A DNA stretch of 40,084 nt from a virus: IMG/VR virus record IMGVR_UViG_3300045988_073791; one strand, 5' to 3'. Below, piece by piece: positions 23,507 through 34,420 of the stretch. A program made the position numbers and the translations under genes. How positions within the stretch are numbered: the first letter of the stretch is position 1; every line of letters starts with the position of its first letter. The notes beneath the pieces are model-generated. The model did not search any database. It saw only the letters and a list, made by a program, of their open reading frames with translations, and had not been told where the DNA came from.

Positions 23507-26269
23507 ATGGCGGGCAAAAGCACTATTAGTATAACATTCAGACTGGACGGTGATAGCAAAGAGTTTAAGGAACTGACCACCGATGCGGCGGGGCTTAAAA
23601 AAGTCCTACAGTCCGCAATCGCCCCGGCAGAGAACCTTAAAAAGTCACTGATAAACTGGAGCCAAGGCGTACAGGCAATAGATGCCATTACGAACACGGT
23701 TAGTACCGTTTCGTCTGCTTTGTCGCAGTTTTCAGACCGCATGAAAGGTTTGCAGTCAGCAAACATAGCGATAACACAGCTGACCGGGAAAACAGGCGAG
23801 GAAATGGTAAAACTGCGCAGCAAGGTACAGGCGGTATCTGAGCATTTCGGTACGGATTTTAACGAAACGCTGCGGGCGGCAAATGCACTATCCAAAGGTT
23901 TTGGTATCAGCATGGAGGATGCTATGAAGCTGGTACAGGACGGTTTGGTTAGCGGCGCAAACGCGGGAGGCGATTTTATCGATACGGTCAGGGAATATCC
24001 GCGCTATTTCAAGGAGGCTGGACTATCGGCAGAGGATTTTATAGCCATAACCACCAATGCCGCACAGCAGGGCGTATTTTCCGACAAGGGCGTGGACGTT
24101 ATCAAGGAGGGTAATTTGCGTATCCGTGAAATGACCACTGCCACGGCTGACGCGCTTAACGGTATCGGCATATCTGCTGAGAAAGTACAGGCGGATTTGC
24201 AGGCCGGAAGTATAACCACCTTTGACGTTATGCAGATGGTTGCGGCGAAGCTGAACGAATTACCCGCCAGTAGCGCAGCCGTAGGCACTGCCATAGCCGA
24301 CATTTTCGGAGGCCCCGGAGAGGATGCCGGACTGGAGTACATAAAGACGCTGGCAAACATACAGCTAAACATGGATGCAGTCAAGGCGGCAACGCAGGGA
24401 ACGGCAGAGCAGCAGGAGCGGCAAATACAGATGCAGGAAAATTTGAAAAACGGATTATCCGGTTTAATTGATTTGTCCGCTATCTATACCGATGTCAAAC
24501 CCTATGTGGATTTGACCGCACAAATCGGCATGGCAGCTATGGGTGTCGGTGGGCTGATTAAGACGGTAAAGGCTATGAATGTGCAGCAGGCGATATTAAA
24601 GACCCGCATAGTGGCTGTGGCTGCTGCGCAGAAAATGGTTACTATCGCTACTACTGCGTGGACTGCCATACAAAAAGTGCTTAATCTGGTACTGACCGCC
24701 AACCCGATAGGCTTAATCATTACCGCTATCGGCGCACTGGTGGCGGGGCTGATAGCCGCTTATAAAAACTGCGATGGTTTTAGGAAAATCGTAGATAAGG
24801 TTTGGGAAGCCATAAAACCGCTGGCAAACGCTATAATGAATGGCCTGGCCAAGGCTTTCGAGTGGCTGGTAGAAAAGTGTAAGGAGGCATGGCAATGGCT
24901 TAAAAACATTCTGGGGCTGGGCAAACAAAAAGTGGAGGTGGCTGTAGATGTATCCAAGCCAAAGACACCGGCACCCAAACTGGATATGGATAAGCCCAAC
25001 GCCTCAGATTACACCTACACCCCTACTGCTGGAGCCGGGAAAGTGACCGGAGCGGCTAAACCGCAGTGGACGGAGGATGCCAGCACGCTAAAAGAAATTA
25101 CAGATAATGTCCAAATCCTTAATAACAAACTGCAAACAGCATCTGCCGAGGAAGCGGTACTGATTAACCAGCAGATAGAGTTATGGGAACAGAAAGCCGA
25201 TGCCATACGAAATGCCGGTAAGGCTACAGACGATAATACGCCACTGTGGAAAGAGGATGCCGATACGCTGCGTGAAATTAACGATAATATCCAAATCCTC
25301 AACGACAAATTACAGGACGCTACAGCCGAAGAAGCAGCGGCGATTAACCAGCAGATAGCGGCATGGAACGCCAAAGCCGAAGCCATTAAGAACGCAGGCG
25401 CAGCCGTGGATAATACGCCGCTGTGGAAAGAGGATGCCAGTACGTTACAGGATATAGGCGATAATATCCAAATCCTCACAGACCAGTTACAAACAGCCAC
25501 AGTAGACGAAGCCGCACTGATTAATCAGCAGATAGCGGCGTGGAATGAAAAAGCCGATGCCATACGGAACGCCGGGAAAGAGGCTGAAAAATCAGCAGGC
25601 AGTACGGGTAAAGCACTTATGCAGGGCTGGAGTGGTATTAAGGGTATAGGCAGCAGCATAGAGGGCATAACAAGCGCATTACAGGGTAACGGAAATGCGT
25701 GGCAAACAGTAGTGGGTATAGTGGACGGTTTTCTGGGGCTGTACCAAGGATTTCAAACGGTAATCCAGATTATCGGAACGCTGACCGGGGTAACTAATAT
25801 GCTGACCGCTGCGAAACAAAGCGAGGCTATAGCCACTGCCACGGCTTCGACCACGGCAGTAACGGGTGCAGCGCAGGAAATGGCAGCATCTGCGGCACTG
25901 GCAGCGACAAAGAACGTAGAAACGACTTCTAACGTGGCTGCTGCTGCGTCCGGTGCTTTGGCGGCACATTCCGGGATACCGTTTGTCGGTATCGCTTTGG
26001 GATTGGCCGCTGTGGCTGCTATTATCGCCGCTATGGCCTCACTGCCGAAGTTTGCAAAGGGCGGTATAGTTTCCGGGCCTACTTTGGCTATGGTTGGCGA
26101 GTATGCAGGAGCCAGCGGAAACCCGGAAGTTATTGCGCCACTGGATAAACTGCGCGGTATGCTGGCACAGCCCGCCAGCATGGATTTTAGCAAAGTGCGG
26201 TTTGAGATTAAGGGGCGCACGCTGGTAGGGATATTAGAAAAAGAAAGCGATTTAATTAAGCGTAACTGA
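23507..26269 (+). CDS. Tail tape measure protein
   Basis: 920 aa, follows the chaperone pair. It has helical and hydrophobic segments and three internal tandem repeats. Confidence 0.9.
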   Translation: MAGKSTISITFRLDGDSKEFKELTTDAAGLKKVLQSAIAPAENLKKSLINWSQGVQAIDAITNTVSTVSSALSQFSDRMKGLQSANIAITQLTGKTGEEMVKLRSKVQAVSEHFGTDFNETLRAANALSKGFGISMEDAMKLVQDGLVSGANAGGDFIDTVREYPRYFKEAGLSAEDFIAITTNAAQQGVFSDKGVDVIKEGNLRIREMTTATADALNGIGISAEKVQADLQAGSITTFDVMQMVAAKLNELPASSAAVGTAIADIFGGPGEDAGLEYIKTLANIQLNMDAVKAATQGTAEQQERQIQMQENLKNGLSGLIDLSAIYTDVKPYVDLTAQIGMAAMGVGGLIKTVKAMNVQQAILKTRIVAVAAAQKMVTIATTAWTAIQKVLNLVLTANPIGLIITAIGALVAGLIAAYKNCDGFRKIVDKVWEAIKPLANAIMNGLAKAFEWLVEKCKEAWQWLKNILGLGKQKVEVAVDVSKPKTPAPKLDMDKPNASDYTYTPTAGAGKVTGAAKPQWTEDASTLKEITDNVQILNNKLQTASAEEAVLINQQIELWEQKADAIRNAGKATDDNTPLWKEDADTLREINDNIQILNDKLQDATAEEAAAINQQIAAWNAKAEAIKNAGAAVDNTPLWKEDASTLQDIGDNIQILTDQLQTATVDEAALINQQIAAWNEKADAIRNAGKEAEKSAGSTGKALMQGWSGIKGIGSSIEGITSALQGNGNAWQTVVGIVDGFLGLYQGFQTVIQIIGTLTGVTNMLTAAKQSEAIATATASTTAVTGAAQEMAASAALAATKNVETTSNVAAAASGALAAHSGIPFVGIALGLAAVAAIIAAMASLPKFAKGGIVSGPTLAMVGEYAGASGNPEVIAPLDKLRGMLAQPASMDFSKVRFEIKGRTLVGILEKESDLIKRN
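25061..25590 (+). repeat. Three tandem ~177-180-nt (59-60 aa) repeats inside the tape measure gene
   Basis: Units start at 25061, 25241 and 25418 (P[QL]W[TK]EDA.TL..I.DN[VI]QIL...LQ.A...EA..INQQI..W..KA[DE]AI[RK]NAG). Confidence 0.85.
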
Positions 26270-26270
26270 T

Positions 26271-28544
26271 ATGAAGTATCTACGATATATGGGCGAATTT
26301 GTCAGCGTGGCAGGCGTAGTTTGGCGCGCTGAAATTTTGCAGGAAGCAGATGCAGCATTTGATACTATAGGCAGTTTGGAATTTCCGGCAGATGAGCCGC
26401 TGGTTATCGAATGGGGCAATAAGAGTAAAGAGGAGGTTATTTGTAGCAGTGTGGCAACGCTTAAAATAATCAGCCCCGGCGACAGAACCTATGAAGATTT
26501 GTATAGCATAGAAGTAGGGCGCGTAAGACTGGATATTTACCGTAACAATTCGCTGTACTGGAGTGGCTGCATAGATACGGAGTTTTACGAAGAACCGTAT
26601 GAAATGCTGAACGGTTACGAAGTAAGTTTGACGTTTAGCGATTTCGGCGTATTGGATAGATTGAAATACGATTTAGCCGATATGCAGACTTTGTATGCGA
26701 TAGTGAATTACTGCGCGGGACGATGCGGTATAAACTGCGGAGGCATAGACGATAGTCTGATTAGTACGCAGCTAACAGCGTCCGGCAGTGCATTAAATCT
26801 AAAATCATTAAAAGTGCGCAGCGATAATTTCTACGATGAGGACGGCGAAGCCTCAACACTGGCAGAAGTTATCGAGGGTATTTTGCAACCTTTGGCACTT
26901 CGCATGATACAGCGAAGCGGCAAAATTTATGTGTACGACCTTAACGGGCTATATAACAAAGCGTCCGTGAAGCAGATAGTTTGGGATGGCGATAGCCAGA
27001 CTTTAGGAACGGACAAGGTTTATAATAACGCAAAAATAACATGGAGTACCTACGCACAAAGCGGTAATCTGTTACCCGATGAGTGCTGGGGCGATATTGA
27101 AACCGACGCCTCACTAATGGCACTTAATAATACGGGCGGTGGATACAAAGACGGTGCAAACTATTTTTCGTACCACTACAGTACCGTTTTGGACGATTGG
27201 ATAGATGCCACAGACTGCGGATTTACCATTTGGACGGCTACAGAGGGAAAGAACGCAGAATTAGGCGAGGGCGTTAAATTCTTTAAGATAGTGCCGCAGT
27301 ATGACGGAACAGATAGCGAGGGAATAGCAATATTATGGCGAGCGATAGCCGGTTATAAAGCTGGAAGTAGTAGCAACTGGCACGCCGAATTATCGTGGGT
27401 GACAAGAGGGTATTTGCAATTACGAGCAACTTCTATTGATAGTATCGGCCCGGCTTTGTTCAAAACCAGTAAAGTTTGGATACCGCCAGTAGACAACGCC
27501 AACAGATTAGCGGTGCGTATCAGCATCGATATGCTGTTAGACCCACGGTTTAACCCCTTTGAAAGTGCCGCTAATCTGATGAGGGGTGCAGAGCAAAAAG
27601 ACTGGTACGACCAGTTTAACATCTATGGTAACTTTATCTATGTCCCGGTTACTGTTAAATTCCAGCCGGATGGAAGTAACACTGCGTATGTCTGGACTAA
27701 CAAAAGTATAGTAACGAAAGGCGTAGGAAGTCCGGTTACTACGTTAAATGGGACGTATGGAAGCTGGGTAACTTATTCCGGGGACAGCAACCCGAATAAC
27801 TGGGGCTATCTGTGTTATTATGATGCGAAAGACCATGTAGATACCAGCGGCGTATTAGGCTGGAAGAAAAACAGACCGGCCATAAATCCGCATAAAAATC
27901 AGCTAATATCTATACTGGCTAATGCCGAAGCCGGGCAGTATATACCATATCCCAATTATGGCGGCAAGGGCGGTAAATTATGGGTGGAAGTGCGCGGCGC
28001 AGGCTGGTATATCGTAAATGAGGGTACGGATTTGGCGAACAGCGAAAATGGCCCAAAGGGGCTATGGGGTAAAATAAGCTGGGTACTGATGAAGATACCC
28101 GAAATAGAGATAGTGAACAATACCCAATTTGACCAAACGATAGACACCAGCGATGTAGAATACAATGCCGAAATAAATGCGGCGGCAAAAGAAGCTATAG
28201 AGTTAGACACCATTTGCGGCACCAGCGTAGACGGCGTGCCGATGGCGCGGGGGGCATATTTTAATGCCACAGACGGTAAGCAGATTAAGCAACTGACCCG
28301 CGCCGGGCGCACTTCGCAGGTGGAAGATTTGCTGATAGGCACGCTGTATAGTCAGTTTGGGCAACGCCGCACGACCCTATACGGAGATGCACAGATAGCG
28401 CATGACCCTATAGCCGTCTATAAGGAAGATAACCAAGGCGATAAGCGGTTTATACTGGTAGAGGATGTACAGGATGTGCGGATGGATACCAGCGAAGCCA
28501 CTTTTATAGAATTAAGACCCGATGAATACACCCGTAAAGATTAG
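26271..28544 (+). CDS. Distal tail / baseplate-hub protein candidate
   Basis: 757 aa, immediately downstream of the tape measure gene. Confidence 0.6.
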   Translation: MKYLRYMGEFVSVAGVVWRAEILQEADAAFDTIGSLEFPADEPLVIEWGNKSKEEVICSSVATLKIISPGDRTYEDLYSIEVGRVRLDIYRNNSLYWSGCIDTEFYEEPYEMLNGYEVSLTFSDFGVLDRLKYDLADMQTLYAIVNYCAGRCGINCGGIDDSLISTQLTASGSALNLKSLKVRSDNFYDEDGEASTLAEVIEGILQPLALRMIQRSGKIYVYDLNGLYNKASVKQIVWDGDSQTLGTDKVYNNAKITWSTYAQSGNLLPDECWGDIETDASLMALNNTGGGYKDGANYFSYHYSTVLDDWIDATDCGFTIWTATEGKNAELGEGVKFFKIVPQYDGTDSEGIAILWRAIAGYKAGSSSNWHAELSWVTRGYLQLRATSIDSIGPALFKTSKVWIPPVDNANRLAVRISIDMLLDPRFNPFESAANLMRGAEQKDWYDQFNIYGNFIYVPVTVKFQPDGSNTAYVWTNKSIVTKGVGSPVTTLNGTYGSWVTYSGDSNPNNWGYLCYYDAKDHVDTSGVLGWKKNRPAINPHKNQLISILANAEAGQYIPYPNYGGKGGKLWVEVRGAGWYIVNEGTDLANSENGPKGLWGKISWVLMKIPEIEIVNNTQFDQTIDTSDVEYNAEINAAAKEAIELDTICGTSVDGVPMARGAYFNATDGKQIKQLTRAGRTSQVEDLLIGTLYSQFGQRRTTLYGDAQIAHDPIAVYKEDNQGDKRFILVEDVQDVRMDTSEATFIELRPDEYTRKD

Positions 28545-28549
28545 ATATT

Positions 28550-30226
28550 ATGGCAATATACGAATATAAGCTAAAGACGTATAAACGCGGCGCACGTCCA
28601 CGAAGTGAACGCCTACGGGAACTGGGAGGCGAAAGCAGCGGAACAGGCGGCAGTACGGTAGTAAATATCAGTGGTAGCGGAAATATAGAAAGTGCCACTG
28701 ACCACACCCACGCAAATAAAAATGCGTTAGACCAAATTACTACGGACGCTAACGGCTATCTGTATCTGACCCAAAACAAGGAGGTACAAGACGAAGAGGG
28801 AAACGATATAATAGAGCGAGTAACCGAAAAAGTAAAAGCCGGTTACGCCGATGTCGCCAAAGACCTAAGCGAAGATAGCCCGATACGGGAGCAGTTTTTA
28901 TCACGTCTGGTGGATGATGTCGCCAAAGGTAATCTGACCTTTGAAAAGATGCTTACTGTGCTGGGGCTTTCCATATTCAAGTCCGGGGCGCAGTTTGGCG
29001 AGTTTGTGCAGTCGCTGTACGCAGGCAAGGGCGCAGGGATAGACCAGCAGGGAAATGCGGAATTTGAAAGCGTCCGGGTGCGCAGCTACTTTGAGTGCAT
29101 GGAGTTAATAATTAACCGCCTATCTGCCATAGAGGGCGACCAGCTTCTAACCGAGGCTGACACCATAGAGAGCGTAGACGATTTGGGCGATAACTGCTAC
29201 GGTCTGCATCTGCGCAGCAAGTGGGAGGGTTATTTTACAGCCCAGTATCCAAACAATGTGCTGAAAGGTATCATTAATACGCTGGCTACCGGAAGCGGTG
29301 TATATTACACCAGCTGGATGCGTGTAAACAGCGTGAACACGGCTAACAACTATATCGAAGTAACGCTGTATCCGGGTGAGGAAGTGCCAGCCGGAACCAA
29401 TTACCCACCGTGCGAAATGATGAAGATAGCCCGGTGGGGAAACCAGACCGACACCAAGCGGCAGAGCTGCATTTACCTATCCAGTACGGAGGGGCGGATA
29501 GTCCGGCTGACCGGGGTAACAAAGCCGATAATAGACCGTACCAACTATGGGGCGACCTTTGGCGAACTGCCGGAGTTTCTGCGCGAATTGGATTTGCCGA
29601 TAGCGGAGGGGCAAGACTATCTGTATGCGCGTGGCATAGTCGTAGAGGACATAATACGCATAGACTATCAAGGAAAGCCGGTTAGCGAAATAGTAGACCG
29701 TGGCCCGTGGAGTGCCACAGGTGATTACTACTGCGAAGCGTTGAACCCAAATACCGGCAGGTATGAGATTTCGGACGTGTGGTATAACGGCTGCAAATAT
29801 CGATGCGCCAAAACCGGAACCACAACCGCGCCAGCGTGGAATAACACCGACTGGGCGATGGTGGAGGGAAACCCGGATTTTACCGTAGACTTCGCCGAAA
29901 CCGACTATCTGTTTGACCCAGACAAATTTAATCTAACGCTGACCATAATAGCCCGTCTGTACAATATGGATATAACGGCTGACATTCTGGATGCCGATGT
30001 ACAGTGGACGCGCTACAGCGAAGATGCTAACGGCGTGGAGCGTGTAGCATCCGATAATGCGTGGGCACTGAAACACGCAGGGGCTGGTAAGTCCATAGAC
30101 CTAACGGTAGAGGATTGCGATTTTAACGGGTATGTGCCAAAGGTGCTGAAATTCATAGCCACGGTAACGCTGCGGGACGGAATGGGTAACGAAGCTGGTA
30201 CCGCAAACGCAGTTTTCCAGTATTAA
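28550..30226 (+). CDS. Tail fibre / tail-tip protein candidate
   Basis: 558 aa. It has an N-terminal Gly/Ser stretch followed by TDHTHANKNALDQIT, a motif I associate with phage tail fibres. Confidence 0.6.
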   Translation: MAIYEYKLKTYKRGARPRSERLRELGGESSGTGGSTVVNISGSGNIESATDHTHANKNALDQITTDANGYLYLTQNKEVQDEEGNDIIERVTEKVKAGYADVAKDLSEDSPIREQFLSRLVDDVAKGNLTFEKMLTVLGLSIFKSGAQFGEFVQSLYAGKGAGIDQQGNAEFESVRVRSYFECMELIINRLSAIEGDQLLTEADTIESVDDLGDNCYGLHLRSKWEGYFTAQYPNNVLKGIINTLATGSGVYYTSWMRVNSVNTANNYIEVTLYPGEEVPAGTNYPPCEMMKIARWGNQTDTKRQSCIYLSSTEGRIVRLTGVTKPIIDRTNYGATFGELPEFLRELDLPIAEGQDYLYARGIVVEDIIRIDYQGKPVSEIVDRGPWSATGDYYCEALNPNTGRYEISDVWYNGCKYRCAKTGTTTAPAWNNTDWAMVEGNPDFTVDFAETDYLFDPDKFNLTLTIIARLYNMDITADILDADVQWTRYSEDANGVERVASDNAWALKHAGAGKSIDLTVEDCDFNGYVPKVLKFIATVTLRDGMGNEAGTANAVFQY

Positions 30227-30244
30227 TAGAAAGGAGTATTAGAT

Positions 30245-30475
30245 ATGAAAAAGATTTTAGACTATTTCGGAGTAGACGGTTTGCTGCACATTATCTGCTG
30301 TATGGTGATTATGCAGCTGTTAGGTAACTTTTTGTCACTGTGGGCAGCGGTTTTGATTACCGCTGCTATCGGTCTGGGCAAAGAATTTATTTGGGATAGG
30401 CGGTTGAAAAAAGGCACGTTTGAGAAACGCGACCTGCTGGCAGACGCTGTAGGTATTGTTTTGGGTCTGATTTAA
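30245..30475 (+). CDS. Small multi-pass membrane protein embedded in the tail module
   Basis: Hydrophobic segments LLHIICCMVIMQLLGNFL, LWAAVLITAAIGLG and LLADAVGIVLGLI. Confidence 0.6.
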   Translation: MKKILDYFGVDGLLHIICCMVIMQLLGNFLSLWAAVLITAAIGLGKEFIWDRRLKKGTFEKRDLLADAVGIVLGLI

Positions 30476-30487
30476 TCCGGGTGGCGA

Positions 30488-31642
30488 ATGAAAACAAGAC
30501 GGTTTGATTTTAACTGGAAGCCGCTACAGCTGCAAATATCCTTTTCTGTAGATGGCAGTGTGCCGGATAAGCAGAACTACAGCACCGACACGCAGGAACA
30601 CACGCCGGATTACACGCTGACCCCGCTAATAATCCAGCCTATCGTATCAGTGATAGACAAAGACGAAGTGATAGGCGCAGGGCGCGTTAACCACGCACTG
30701 ACAAATATACGCTGGTACGAGAATATAAACGGCACGCAGACGCTGATAGGCACCGGTAACAGTAACTACGAGATAACCACCAGCGGCGGCAGCGCAGGGC
30801 GTATCAAGGTAAAGAGGAACGCAGAGCCGAAAGTACCTATTACGCTGGTATTCTATGCCGAGTATGTAGACAGCCGCACCGGGCAGGTGATGATAATACA
30901 GGGTAGTTATCTAATTAGCTGCGGCAGTGCATCCGACCAAGTGCGGGTAGAACTGGGCGCAGCCGACCAGACGATTTTTAACCCACTGGCAGACCCGCAG
31001 ACGCAGACCGTTAAGGCTACGGTATGGCTGGGCGATAAACTGTGTGACAGCAGCAAATATGCGCTGGTATGGGAAGTGTTGGACGGCAGCACGTGGCGAA
31101 CCGCTGGAAGTGACGCTGTAATGGACTACGATATAACCGTGAACAGCAACGGCACGGTAACTATTAACCGCTGGCTGATGGGTACTGAAATGTATCTGCG
31201 GTGCAGGGTGAAGTACAGCGCGGACGGCAACCCCGGCAGCGTGGCTTTGACCGATGCCAGCCCACAGGCTATAGCCAGTTTCATACGCCGGATACCTAAG
31301 TACGAGTTTGATTTTACAGGCGTGCCGTACAACATTCCGGCAGGTCTGCTTAACGTAGCACCTACGGCGATTATCCGCACTACTAACGGAGAGATAGAGA
31401 ACGCGGAAAAGGAACTGTTACCGCTGTGGTATATAGCCACGAACAAAGCCAGCGGCAGTTTAAGTTACTCACTGGTAGCGCACGGCAAAAGCCCGATAAT
31501 CCCTACTGCCAAAATGGATGATAACTACGGCGGTGTAATCGGTCTGGACGTGAAAGACAGAGGGTATGCCGGAGCGTGGGAAGATAGCACGGACGATGCG
31601 ATTTTCTGCGATGCTGACGGCGATATTTTGATTATTCACTAA
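30488..31642 (+). CDS. Hypothetical structural (tail-associated) protein
   Basis: 384 aa, beta-rich composition, located in the tail module. Confidence 0.6.
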   Translation: MKTRRFDFNWKPLQLQISFSVDGSVPDKQNYSTDTQEHTPDYTLTPLIIQPIVSVIDKDEVIGAGRVNHALTNIRWYENINGTQTLIGTGNSNYEITTSGGSAGRIKVKRNAEPKVPITLVFYAEYVDSRTGQVMIIQGSYLISCGSASDQVRVELGAADQTIFNPLADPQTQTVKATVWLGDKLCDSSKYALVWEVLDGSTWRTAGSDAVMDYDITVNSNGTVTINRWLMGTEMYLRCRVKYSADGNPGSVALTDASPQAIASFIRRIPKYEFDFTGVPYNIPAGLLNVAPTAIIRTTNGEIENAEKELLPLWYIATNKASGSLSYSLVAHGKSPIIPTAKMDDNYGGVIGLDVKDRGYAGAWEDSTDDAIFCDADGDILIIH

Positions 31643-31660
31643 AACCAACATAGTAGAGAT

Positions 31661-32233
31661 ATGGCACGATACATTAAGGCAAACGGAAAGGTAGCGGAAT
31701 ACCTTAAATTAGAGAATGACCGTAATAAGGTTACGGACGGTAACTATCTGCTTTGGCAGGCTGATATGCTGGCTTTCGGCAGGCTAACCGAACTGCCGCA
31801 GATTTTGGAACAAATCGGCGGTCTGGCACTGCAAGCGCATGAAGCCAGAGAGGAACAGGACGGTACGGTAGTTAGAAAACTGCCTACTGCGACTGACCCC
31901 CGGTTTGTCGTAGAGGAAGCCAGAGAGGAACAGCAGCCGGGCAATATCGACACACCTACAGACGTGCCGGAAGCAGGTACGGACACGGATACGGAGGCAG
32001 GCGAAGAACCGGAAAGCCCGGAAGATGGGCAGGGCGAAATTACGGAGCAACCCGTAACAGAGGAACCGGGCGAAGTGACAGACCCGACCGATGGCCAGGC
32101 CACAGCATCCGAAGAAACCGAAACGGCAGACCCTGCACCGGAGGCAACGGAAGAAGCCGACCAGACGGAAGCCCCTACCGGCGATGATGAGGCAAAGACA
32201 GAAACGACCACTAACGAAGAAACGGAGGCTTAA
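31661..32233 (+). CDS. Hypothetical protein with highly acidic Thr/Glu/Pro-rich C-terminal half
   Basis: The C-terminal half is low-complexity. It shares an exact 34-nt segment with the 2004..2588 gene. Confidence 0.6.
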   Translation: MARYIKANGKVAEYLKLENDRNKVTDGNYLLWQADMLAFGRLTELPQILEQIGGLALQAHEAREEQDGTVVRKLPTATDPRFVVEEAREEQQPGNIDTPTDVPEAGTDTDTEAGEEPESPEDGQGEITEQPVTEEPGEVTDPTDGQATASEETETADPAPEATEEADQTEAPTGDDEAKTETTTNEETEA

Positions 32234-32235
32234 CC

Positions 32236-33279
32236 ATGAGTACAGCAAGCACCAGTAGAACTATTAAGTTTATCAGCAAGGCAGGTACATACACTGCCGT
32301 AATCATGTCGCCAAACGGCGATTTGTACCAAGAGTACGAGGGAACGCCAAACGATGCCACAGCCGTTTACCCGGACTTTACCACGCTGAAACCTATACTG
32401 TATTTCGTCTGCACCAGCAGCCGTGTAGCAGAGGGCGTGGCAGACCCGGACGCAATGGAATACTATTTTAACGACCAAAAGATTTCATTTAGCGGCGGCG
32501 TATCGACTGGCACGTTTGCCGGATATTTCAAGACGGTAGCACCGAGCGGCGACCAGTTATATTACGGTTTGCAAATCCTCAAAAACATAGCCGCGCTGGC
32601 AGGCTACGCACCCGCTGTTATCAAGATGGTAGCCACTATCAGTTACGGCACGCAGAGCGACCAGATACAAGCCACGTACACTATCCCGATACAGCAGGCT
32701 ACCGGAAGCAGCTACCGCGTGACTATCGCCGCAGGCGACAGCAAAAATTTCGTGATTACCGAAAAGGGCGGCAGCTGCATATTAAAGGCAATGGCGTACC
32801 AGAGCGGTAACGCACTATCCAAAGGCTTAACGTATGTGTGGGAAAAGATGGGCGCGACTGGCTGGGAAACGCTTTCCGGCAAGACTGCACAGACGCTGAC
32901 CGTTAATGCCAACGACATTAACACCTATGGCGAGTACCGGGTACACGTCTACCGTGACGGTGCAGAGATTGGCACGGACATACAGAGCGTTATGGATGCC
33001 AGCGACCCTTACGACATAGACCCGCACCCCAACCCGGAAGATGAGGCGATAACGGAGGATACCACGGGTAACGGGCAAGTGACCTATACGCCGGTGGTGG
33101 TTAAGCGCGGCACGTCCACAAAGGCACTGGATACGCAGTTTTATTTCGTGCTGAAAGATGCGGCAGGCGTGTATCTGAACACCGACCGGAACACACCGAA
33201 AGCCAGCCAGACCGTGACACGCGCACACTGCCAGCAGGCCGGCGGCGATGTATCAGTAACCATTACCAGTGTAAAGTAA
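32236..33279 (+). CDS. Hypothetical structural (tail-associated) protein
   Basis: 347 aa, beta-rich, tightly packed in the tail module. Confidence 0.6.
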   Translation: MSTASTSRTIKFISKAGTYTAVIMSPNGDLYQEYEGTPNDATAVYPDFTTLKPILYFVCTSSRVAEGVADPDAMEYYFNDQKISFSGGVSTGTFAGYFKTVAPSGDQLYYGLQILKNIAALAGYAPAVIKMVATISYGTQSDQIQATYTIPIQQATGSSYRVTIAAGDSKNFVITEKGGSCILKAMAYQSGNALSKGLTYVWEKMGATGWETLSGKTAQTLTVNANDINTYGEYRVHVYRDGAEIGTDIQSVMDASDPYDIDPHPNPEDEAITEDTTGNGQVTYTPVVVKRGTSTKALDTQFYFVLKDAAGVYLNTDRNTPKASQTVTRAHCQQAGGDVSVTITSVK

Positions 33280-33286
33280 TACGGCT

Positions 33287-34420
33287 ATGGGTGTAAGCAG
33301 AACACAGGTAGTAAAGTTTATACGCAAGGGCGACCCCGGCGATAAAGGAGAGCAAGGCGCAACGCTTCGCGGCCCGCAGGCGTGGAGCGACTGCGCCGTA
33401 GGCTATAAATTCCAAGCCGGTAAGGTTGGCGAGCAGTGGATAGATGTAGTGCTGTATAATAACAATTACTACACCTGTATGAAGTCACACACCAAAACAG
33501 CATCCAATTATCCCGGCAGCACGACTGACTGGAATAACGGCTACTGGCAGCTGGGCGATAAAATACAGCTGGTGGCGACAAAGATACTGTTAGCCGCATA
33601 CGCACTGGTAGAAAATCTGGGGGCTACTGCTATCGAAATGAAAGACAGCAGCGGCAATGTGGTTTTCAAGGCAAAGGACGGTAATATAACCTGCAAGGTA
33701 GGTACGTTTGAAAATATCAAGGTGATAGGCTCACTGCGTAACCCGTTTGCCTATGTGGGCGACAGCATAACCAATGATTATAACGATAATGTGGTAATGA
33801 TGAGTAGTGGCGGCGGATGGATTGACGCCTATAGTCTGCCGTGGGATACAAAGCAAAGCGGACGGCGCATAACCATAGTAAACTACAAATGGGGCAGCAC
33901 TGTATCGCAAGGGCAGGCAGGTATCAACGCACCGACCGGAAAGTATTTCTACGAAGATGGCCTGCAAAAAGATGAGCTATTACTATCCCGTGAAGCAGTG
34001 GAGCTGATGGGGTACGGAACTTCTACGCAGTTTTACGGCTGGATAGTGATGCGGCGTATAGACCTTGTAACGACCAATAAATACGGGCGACCGTTAAAGA
34101 TATTGGCGTATGGGTCTGTTACTTCTGGTGGCAGTATTACTTATTCCACATTTGACAAATCCACGCTGCGAGTAGCCAAAAATGCTACCGGGCAGTACAC
34201 TATTACCATGCCGTCCGGATGGTTTTATGCAGCCAGCAATGTAGGCGTAATGCTAACAGGTGTGGGGCATTCGTCCGGAAGCTCAGACGCACCGATTAAA
34301 GCGACTTTGATTTCCCGAACCACTACACAACTGGTTATTAAAACGTCCGATGATGCGAGTGTGAACGATGGGGCATTTGATTTTATGATATTCAATAAAA
34401 ACGATTGGATGACCATTTAA
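33287..34420 (+). CDS. Tail fibre protein candidate with short collagen-like stretch
   Basis: KGDPGDKGEQGATLRGPQ G-X-Y triplets near the N-terminus. It overlaps the start of DGR target 1. Confidence 0.65.
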   Translation: MGVSRTQVVKFIRKGDPGDKGEQGATLRGPQAWSDCAVGYKFQAGKVGEQWIDVVLYNNNYYTCMKSHTKTASNYPGSTTDWNNGYWQLGDKIQLVATKILLAAYALVENLGATAIEMKDSSGNVVFKAKDGNITCKVGTFENIKVIGSLRNPFAYVGDSITNDYNDNVVMMSSGGGWIDAYSLPWDTKQSGRRITIVNYKWGSTVSQGQAGINAPTGKYFYEDGLQKDELLLSREAVELMGYGTSTQFYGWIVMRRIDLVTTNKYGRPLKILAYGSVTSGGSITYSTFDKSTLRVAKNATGQYTITMPSGWFYAASNVGVMLTGVGHSSGSSDAPIKATLISRTTTQLVIKTSDDASVNDGAFDFMIFNKNDWMTI

